From contig OX597816.1 of NCBI GenBank assembly GCA_951406725.2, positions 109,616,001 to 109,680,000 on the forward strand: a stretch of DNA of 64,000 nt, in the 5' to 3' direction. Shown here one piece after another: positions 55,225-64,000 of this stretch. The notes under the pieces were generated by a model. It saw nothing but the letters and a program-made list of their open reading frames with translations. It was not told the DNA's origin and did no database searches. The position numbers and the translations under genes are program-made. Source of the DNA: Octopus vulgaris (Eukaryota). How positions within the stretch are numbered: the stretch's first letter is position 1; each line of letters begins with the position of its first letter.

Positions 55225-57171
55225 AGAGAAAGAGAGAGAGAGAGAGGGAGAGAGAAATAGAGAGAGAGAGAAAGAGAGAGAGAGAACGTGAAAGAAATAG
55301 ACAGAGATATGAGACAGTTTGAATGCTACACCACAACATGTGTTTGTGTATCAATCAGTCAAGTAACTTTTATTCGAATTCGGTCTCGTGTGTATGTGGA
55401 TGAGCTGTACGACCCTATTACTCCACTTTCGGTCTGAAGAAAGATTTTTAGGGCTTTTCGTAATCACAGAGGATAAATGATTTTCTGGATACGAAAAGTA
55501 AGACTAGATAGTGAATTGCAGTTTTAGTAACACCAGTAAAAATATTTAGTGATGAAGTTATTGTAGAATTCAGAGCAAACCTGGGTTTCTTTTACAACAT
55601 TATTAATATCAATGAACCTATGGTGCATGAGAAACTATTACGTGTAAGAACTGTATCTTTGTGCAAGACTTTGTCCAAGTCTTTATTTATGGAATCTGTT
55701 CAGATATGTTGTAAAATGTCTAGGTCGTATGGATTACCTCACCTTTCATGCTATGTTAAGCTTCACAAAGTCGCTGAGATGTTGATCAAGGGGAAAAGTA
55801 CCTATTCAAATCCTTCCGGCCAAATCCACTGCACCTTGTCTTCGCCATAGCCACATTTGAAAGAAATATTGCTCACCGGTCCTTATTAAAGAAGGAAGGA
55901 GGTGGGATTTTATCGATGGACTTGGCTGATAGTCCAACCGGTCCTACATGCCACAATAACTGTTTGAAGTCGTCGAAGTAAGTCGATTAGTCAGATTTTC
56001 TAACACGTGGACACTGCATAAATGCTTGCAGAACGGCTTCCTCTCTCCATCTTTATCTCAGACTATCACACCTGGTATGGTAAAGTTTTCTAATTTATAC
56101 CTGAAGCCAGAACATTTTAGGATTAGTTAAATAAATTGACTAGTTTGCATTATAGACTGTGTGTGAGTGTATGTCCGTTGCCGGAAACTTGTCGAGGACT
56201 ACAATGAACAGCATCATATGTGTTTGATTTGGAAATCCTAAAATTGGTCTCTGATATTGGCAAAAGACCAGCAGTTTTGTGAGAAAGCTTCAACGATTAT
56301 AGAGATCCCAGTAAAGTTTTATTTTATCGTACCCAAAAGGGTGGAAGCAAAAGTTGACCTTGGCGTAATTTCAACCTAGAACGTAAAGAATTCGAATATA
56401 TATCAGTTTAATGTTTCCTACTTTCAAACGATTGTGCCAACTCACACCTTCAAAACAATGACGATAACAATGATATTCAGAGTGTTAAGAACATAAAAAT
56501 GAAGGAGTGAATTTGGAAAAACAAAGTCAGATTGATACACACAAGATTAGTATATCCATAAGAACTTGCTGTAAGTGAGTATGTGTGTACTTATGAGTAT
56601 GTACGTGTGTTTGTTGGGGCATGTCTGTGTGTGTAAGACAGAATATGTGTTTATGTGCGTATTTGTGCGTGTGTGTGTGTGTGTGTGTGTGCGTGTGTGT
56701 GTGTGTGCGTTTCCAATGCACAGCAGCACATGTGGTTGAAAATAAAACCCAAATAATGAACATGGTAAAAATGTCTCATTATATTAGTTTAATCATAGGG
56801 TGCTGTGTACCGTGAATGAGAATTAATTCATTTGAATATTCAGTTTAGGCATGAAACGAGAATACCTGATCGAATCCAATTTTCACTTGTCAAAATGATG
56901 TCCGTATGGGAAATAACAGAAAAACATGAGAAATATCACATTCTACAGGCATTAAATATAAATATATGGTCTATGAGATGTTAAGATATTCCAGGCAAAT
57001 TCTTTGCTCTTCTCTTCAGTCGTTGTTCTGTATTTTATTATGTTTAATATTTATTACACCGTTGAGTTTCAATGGCTTCATTTATTTCATAACCAAACGG
57101 AAATTTATATACCTAATTTTGCATTATATTTACTGTCTATGTGGTTTTATACTGAGTAAAATTTAACCTTT

Positions 57172-57492
57172 CATAGTCTGGATATTTATTTTGAGTTTAA
57201 ATTGATTAAAAAGCAAAGGAAATTGTGGTGTTATCAGATTTCTATTATGAAACTTTAAACCAGGTGTTTTGAATATATTAAGATATTTTATAAGGGTGCG
57301 TATAGGCATTTGAGCTTACGTATATACTCATGTGTACTTATATCCACTCATACATATGCATATATGCACCCTTATAAAATATCTTAACATGCCCCAAACC
57401 ACTACTTTAAAATTTCGTAATAGAAATATAACACTGAAAACTCGCCTTGCTTTTTAAATTAATTTAAATGGAAAATAAATATCTAGACTATG
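57172..57492. mobile_element. Old fold-back element (~140-bp diverged arms)
   Basis: catagtctggatatttatttt...atttctattatgaaactttaaa...ttaagatattttataagggtgc pairs with gcacccttataaaatatcttaa...tttaaaatttcgtaatagaaat...aaaataaatatctagactatg. Confidence 0.8.
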
Positions 57493-60400
57493 TATGTCCG
57501 CATATGTATTGTAATGCATGCATACATATGCACAAATAGCGGACGTGTACATGCATATATATGCATACATCACAAACCACGTGCAGCAGGAGAATGGCTT
57601 TCAACTATCACTTCGTGAAAATACAAGATTCATATAGTCTGAGCTCGGATTGTGCACTGAACCATGAGGGCATTAGAACCGTCAATTGAGCGTGAGTGGC
57701 GGAACCGCAGTTTGTGTTAAGATGGCTAAAACGTGGTCTATAATCAAATTATATGTACACAGTAATTTTAAACAGTTGACAACAGTGTTCCTATAGCAGT
57801 GACCGAACTGTTTTCGATGAGCGCTTGTCTGAAAAAAAAGTGGAATCTGAGGCCTAGCTTAAGAGTAGGATGGCAGAATACTGCAAAACCTGGTTTCAGC
57901 TGATGAAGTAACGGATTTGGGAGTGTAAGTAGTTGAGATTGGATAGTGTGCTCTATGAACTTTAATTTCATATACCAGAATTTTCGACATTGTATTGGCA
58001 ACTGTCTAGGACAGCTAGCAGCTGACAAAGCGTATCCTCATTCGATGGAGCAGAGAAGTAGGAGCACTATTGAGAAACGGTCTAGATCAAAAGGGATCAT
58101 AACTCTGCTCGATAAAGCGTAATAGAGTCTGTGGAGAACTTTGGAAATTCCTTGGGATGTCAGTGCTACGGGGAAATCATTGGGTGTTGGAGAACGGAAT
58201 TATGGACATGAAAATGTCAAAGGCAAATCTATTTGAGATGTGAACAAGGAAGAAGACACGTTATTGTCTATTATAAGTGCATGAGTGACGTGTGAGTTAA
58301 TGTTAAAGAGCTGGTGTCATGTGTAGGACGAATCCAATTATCCGTGAAGTCTATATAAAAAATCTCTACGTAACATTCTTTTGACCATTAACGGTTGGTT
58401 AGTATTTCTCTGCCAAGTGGCTGTAATGAAAGAGGCTGTGTGGTGGATTTATAATGGTTTGAAGACAGGCATAATTTTATCTGAAGAGTAAGCTGAGTGT
58501 AATGAGAGAGTTGTCTTCTAATGTGTTCATGAAAAGTTAACGAGAGGGACAAAGTTTGTGATGGTGAATGGGTCAAGCCCGAGTTTGCTTTTATAATAAG
58601 ATAGGCAGAACCAATGAAAAGGCACGTTTGACGACTTCAATATAGTAAAATAATTCGGAGCTGCGTGTGGCCTTCAAGCGAAATTAATCGAGGTGATATT
58701 CTTCAATACTGGGGAAGTTTTTTCTTGAACATTTATTGATAAGTCACTAATTATAACTGTTATATTAGTTCAGTCGTTTTTGCTCCATGTAAACCAGCAT
58801 ATTTCCAACTTATATTATCCCCTCAATGACATGAGCTCTTGTGGTTAAAAACGTCATCATCATCGACGACATAGCATTCGTTATTATTGTTATTACTTTT
58901 ATTTCTCTTACAGGTGGTGAGTTGTAGAATCAGTAGATCGTTGGAAAAATAAACTTGCTATATTTATTTATGCCTTATCGCCTACAGGATTCAAATACCA
59001 CCGATATCAGCTTTGCCATTCCTTCTTTCAGGAGTCCATAGATTTGCTCCTATGGCAGTTTTAGAAATAATTATTCTATATTGATTTCTGACAGAGGTAG
59101 AATCTTATTTTGGGTGATTGGTGTTGATGATTACATGTACACTGGTGGGCTGTTAACTTAGTAACGTAGAGGGACGTAACTAAATACCAGAAGGTATTGT
59201 TGTCCGACAATCAACCAATTCTACCAATCTTCAACTTTTAAATAGAAATCATTATTAAACGACTGAAAGGAAGAAATGCAGAAATACAAGTGGAGTTGTG
59301 GTAATTAGTTTCTAAGCGATAAACATAATGAACTGGAAAATGTTTTGTTCTTCAACGAAGCATATGCTAACTTAGATGAGACAATTTATACAAATCGTGT
59401 TCATGCATTGAATGCACAAAATCCTTGTGTTATTATGGATAAAATCCCTACCGTCTGAGAAAATGGTGTATTTGAATGAGAATTTCAGATAAAACTGTTA
59501 TTCGACCATACATAATTGATAATAGAACAATTAAAAGTGATAACTATTATGTATAAGTTAACCGCCTCGTGATTTCCTATTTTAAAATTAGCAGTGAGAA
59601 TACTCGAATACAATTTTCTGAGAAGATAGGATTCTCTCCAATATACAAGTTAATATGAAATCATTGCCTTGCCAGCAATGACTTACACGAATGAGGAAAT
59701 GTGTAATCGTATATCATTTTCCTAAACAATGATAAATTTGATCAACTGACATGAGATCCGTTGATTTCCATTATAGAAAGCTATGTGGAAGCTCGTGTAA
59801 CCAAATAGATAACCTTTAGGGAAGGACACAGAGGAATAAAAATTCATTCTTGGATTGCATTTGTTGAGAATACACAGAATATACAAGATGATGTAATTGT
59901 TGTTGTCGCGTACCTGGTCTGCTCCCACAGTGAGGATATGATTGAAGGTATTCTAACAGCGAAATCCTGTCATATTTTTTCATAGTATATTTCGGATTTC
60001 CTATTAAATGTTTTTTTTATATATATAAATAAATGGCATGTTATAATTTAAGATAGATATGGCTGCTATTTAATGCAACTCAAAGGACAACATATATGCT
60101 ACCTCTCCATTCTCACGTAATGTTTTAGCTTTTGGTAATGTTTACACACAATAAACTGTGATCGGGTCATAATTTTATTACAAGTATTTCAAGCGTATGT
60201 ATTCCGTCATTTTTATAAATCTATGAGTATATAATACTATATGTCCTTCTTTTCTTTTAAACGATAATGTCTCTGATAACATCAATAGGATAACAGTTCT
60301 GACGCCATCAACAGGATAACAGTTCTTGCAGATAAAATGTGTTTAAGACAATTTTCCCACAACTTTCATACACTGGTTAAATTGTGTCCTCCTCTTTATT

Positions 60401-60584
60401 TTACTACTTTCTATTACATAACCAGATACACGCCCTGTACAAAAGCATTTAGTTATTTCAAGTCAATAAGAACACCAACCCTAACAACGCGTATTCAATT
60501 GCTGTCAAACAATTGGGCGGAGCGCCGTCATATCTCCACTAATCCCTTTAATCTCTCTCATCTCTGCAGGTATATATATATATG

Positions 60585-60680
<96 letters not shown>

Positions 60681-61774
60681 GCTATCTATGGAAATATTTT
60701 TATTACTCTGAAGAGTAATAATTCTAACTCTACCGACGACAGTCAAATCGCACGAGCCAATATCATCAGCCTTCTCTCCCAATTTGTATTTAACTTCTTT
60801 TTTAATGAAAAGTAGTGCAGATGTTAGATTTACTAATTTCAGTCTGGTCGAAGAAAGTCTCTCAGCCGTGGTTTCACTGTAGAGAAATTTATTGAAAGCA
60901 TTGTTGATCCACTTTGTTTCTGTAAATTATCAGAACTTCTTTGCAACGCGAAGCTCATAACAGAGCTGTTGGTCTTCGGTTTTCTATCTTCCATATGATC
61001 TTGGATTGCTGGTTTCTATCATATTGCACTACCTCTGTGTCCGACGCTAGAAATTTTTCTTGCGCCCATTCGCTAAACCTTGTTATTCTGAACGCCCCAA
61101 CGTACACATATCTTTACTTATACATGAATGACCAACTTACCAAACGCCAGCCAAATGCAAACTAGACACTTCATACGAAAGTTCCTGCCTTAAACTCTTG
61201 GACTCTTGAACTTATAAACTCATGGGCATATTCTTCAGGGGAGTACTACTTAAGTTATCTCTGACCATAAAACAAAGTCACAGTCACTACACGCCATAAG
61301 AAAATATGACCACATTCTACTCATTTAAACATGGATTCCAAATAGCTAGAATACTACGAATTTAAGATTCTACATGGTCACTTGTTTTGAAAGCATATAC
61401 TGAAGACAGAAAATAAATATCACAATAAATAGCACTTCTGTGAACAATAAAAAGAAATACGTCACCCATATCCATTACTAATACTCTACAAAGTTCAAAA
61501 GGAGCCCCTTAATGGAATATTGTTTCAACATTTAGAAGAACACTACAGTCCACAAATAAAGCCTAGACAACACCCAAAGAAATTTCACATCATGAATTGA
61601 CTTGAAGTTGCTCAAAAATATAATCCCTTTTCCCAAATGGATTTTATATTTACATTGTACGGCTTCTGGTGCTACATCTATCCAAGCATGTCAGGTACAC
61701 TTATCTTACCTCTTCACGTCACCTATATTGTCTGTCACAGACTCTATAATAAACGCTTCGCCCAGTTATTGCTT

Positions 61775-62493
61775 GTAAGCAACCGCAAATCCCGAGTTGA
61801 CATCTGCTCTTTTTTCCATTCTCGCGAACTCATTTCACCTTTTTTAGATAGACTTGTGACTGGAGACGAAAGATGGATCTTCTATCAAAATGTTAAACGT
61901 CGTAAACAGAGGAGAAAACTCAGCAACAACCGAGAAGGGAACGTCATGGAAAAAAGGTTCTTCTTTATCTGGTGGGATTGCAAAGGAGTAATTCACTTTG
62001 AATTGTTACCACCTAATGCAACAATCAATGCTCAAGTATCCTGTCAGTAATTAGAGCATTTGACCCACGATTTGAAGAAAAAAAAAAACCCGCTTTAGTG
62101 AATCGAAAAGGGGTGATGCTTCTTCAGGACAATGCGCGACCCCACACTGCAAAGATCTCATTACAGAAGATCGAATTGGTTGGGAAAAAATTCCTCATCC
62201 ATATTATTCTCCCGACCATGTCCTTCAGACTGCCATTTGTTTCGTAGTTTACAGAATCATTTGGCTGACATAACTTTCGCAAGCCAGGAGGAGGTCGAAA
62301 CTGACATTGCAGTTCTTCGCTTTGAAACCGAAAGACTTTTTACATTGATGGGATTTAAAAGCTTGTAAATAGATGGAAGGAAGCCATAGATAATAAGGGA
62401 AAATACGTTGATGATTAAATTTCAATTAAATATAAAATTTGACCTCTTCTTTTCTTTATTTAAAATTCGGACAGAACTTATGGGGTGACCTTA
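61775..62493 (+). mobile_element. Mariner (Mos1-type, DD34D-like) transposon, 3' half with right TIR, frameshifted
   Basis: FLDRLVTGDERWIFYQN, WWDCKGVIHFELLP, LQDNARPH, PSDCHLFRSLQNHL; ends ...cagaacttatggggtgacctta followed by TA repeats. Confidence 0.92.
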
Positions 62494-62541
62494 TATATAT
62501 ATATATATATTTAAAAAAGGAGATGCGGAACACGAGTTGTG

Positions 62542-62865
62542 ATATATATATATAAAGGAAATGAAGAAAATGCTGACAAAATAATTTAAGTAAGGGAGAG
62601 TGTATTTAATTAGGTGAAAGTTCTTTTTGTTGCGCATTTGTTATGCTTATCAAAACATATTTTTTAAAGAGAGATAGAGTTCCTTTCTGATAGATTTTTT
62701 CTCTTATCTGATAAGGGAAAAAAATCTATCAGAAAGGAACTCTATCTCTCTTAAAAAAATATCTTTTGATAAGCATAACAAATGCGCAACCGGTAAAAAG
62801 AACTTTCACCTAATTAAATACATTCTCCCTTACTTAAATTATTTTGTCAGCATTTTCTTCATTTC

Positions 62866-62881
<16 letters not shown>
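62542..62881. repeat. Near-perfect ~340-bp palindrome with 1-nt centre
   Basis: Arms 62542-62708 and 62710-62881 are reverse complements (centre cttatc-t-gataag) with a few substitutions and small indels; both ends run into (TA)n. Confidence 0.95.
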
Positions 62882-62922
<41 letters not shown>

Positions 62923-63016
62923 ATCCAAACAAGAAAACACAAAAAAACGCAACAACGCGGGGACGCGGAGCAAATATAGCATTATTCGACGCTCGGGTAA
63001 GAAGGGAAGAAGGAGG

Positions 63017-63051
63017 GTTTAACGTTTCGAGCGGAGCTGTTCGTCGGAAAC
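63017..63051 (-). ncRNA. Minimal type-I hammerhead-like motif (CCGACGA core) in a ~210-bp element (62920-63128) between (TA)n arrays
   Basis: Minus strand: GTTT-CCGACGA-a-cagc-tcc-gctc-GAAACGTT-AAAC. 4-bp stem I, AGC/GCT stem II with first pair mismatched, loopless AACGTT palindrome, GUU triplet. Confidence 0.6.
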
Positions 63052-63123
63052 ATAGGAGAAGGAAAGATCCAGAGAAGGGAAGACAGAGGAAAAAATCCCC
63101 AACGGTACACACGCGGTCACATT

Positions 63124-63164
<41 letters not shown>

Positions 63165-63219
63165 TATATATATAATAAAAACAATCTGATGTTATACTGA
63201 CTGAATAAAATGTTATACA

Positions 63220-63280
<61 letters not shown>

Positions 63281-63591
63281 GCATATATGTGTATATATAC
63301 ATACACGCACATAAGAGTACGTGCACATCTGTTTGTATACTGATGCGTCGTTAAGCGTCTCCATTTGTAAAACCTTCGTCATACACGGAGTAACGTCATA
63401 CTTTAAGTATTATGGATTTGAGCATGTATTCTCTCTTCTCCTGGACAACCAGCTAAGTACCAATTTCAATTGGTACACAGTTAACAATCCCCCATCTCTT
63501 TGTTGATTAAGAGAGAGGGCCAGCAGTTGCTCAGGTCTAATGAGCGTACATCCCAAGAACGGATTGGTATATTTCAACAGGCTTTAAATTC

Positions 63592-63750
63592 TAGGAGTGG
63601 GTGTGTGGTAAGTAGCTTGCTAACAAACAACATGGTTCCGGGTTCAACCCCACTGCGTGGCACCTTGGCCAAGTGTCTCCTACTGTAGCGTCGGGCCACC
63701 CAAAGCCTTGTGAGTGAATTTGGTGTACAGAAACTGATAGGACCCGTCGT
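63592..63750 (+). mobile_element. tRNA-derived SINE, third family
   Basis: A-box-like gtgggtgtgtggtaa, B-box gggttcaacccc, followed by ggcaccttggccaagtgtc (CORE-like segment). Confidence 0.75.
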
Positions 63751-63799
63751 ATATACATATATAAATACTTATATATATATATATTTTTTCTTTTTTTTT

Positions 63800-64000
63800 T
63801 CGTTTACTTGTTTCAGTCATTTGACTGTAGCCATGCTGGAGCACCGCCTTTAGTCGAGCAAATCGACCCCGGGATTTATTCTTTGTAAGCCCAGTACTTA
63901 TTCTATAGGTCTCTTTCGCCGAACTGCTAAGTGACGGGGACGTAAACAGACAAGCATCGGTTGTCAAGCAATTCTAGGGGGACAAATACAGACACACAAA
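63800..64000 (+). mobile_element. Dispersed SINE-like repeat, runs to the window edge
   Basis: tttacttgtttcagtcatttgactgtagccatgctggagcaccgcc...aatcgacccc...agtacttattctat; partial copy at 13298-13352. Confidence 0.65.

Noticed and set aside
55915-55977. ATG-initiated stretch ending at AA|gtaagt
   Set aside because: Short, no recognisable product, and GTAAGT is common in AT-rich DNA.
58000-58620. Possible decayed Penelope RT remnant (NHYKST) on the minus strand
   Set aside because: Only one short motif; cannot be supported without a profile search.
60273-60326. Two tandem ~26-bp units (catcaa.aggataacagttct)
   Set aside because: Simple slippage duplication with no spacers; not a CRISPR-like array.

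Overview
AT-rich, microsatellite-saturated eukaryotic DNA, intergenic or intronic. The SINE families and the mix of RTE, R4/Dong, Tx1, Penelope, mariner and Helitron relics suggest a coleoid cephalopod, probably Octopus; this is an inference from repeat content, not a database result. No intact host protein-coding gene can be supported, and most ORF-track entries are translations of (TA)n, (CA)n, (TCTA)n and (AAT)n arrays. Recognisable content: a degraded, 3'-truncated RTE LINE (36380-39907); fragments of Penelope-like GIY-YIG elements, Tx1/L1, R4/Dong, Tc1/maT and mariner; a non-autonomous Helitron; three SINE families; and at least five fold-back elements, four of them in or beside (TA)n arrays. 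The most interesting layer is non-coding. At least six minimal type-I hammerhead-ribozyme-like motifs, most with a palindromic, almost loopless stem III, occur in five unrelated short elements. Three share the same non-canonical CCGACGA core, two lie in tandem with predicted cuts 213 nt apart, one caps a ~290-bp hairpin, and two end a pair of inverted Penelope-like copies with long shared 3' regions. All structures were folded by eye; many boundaries are approximate.
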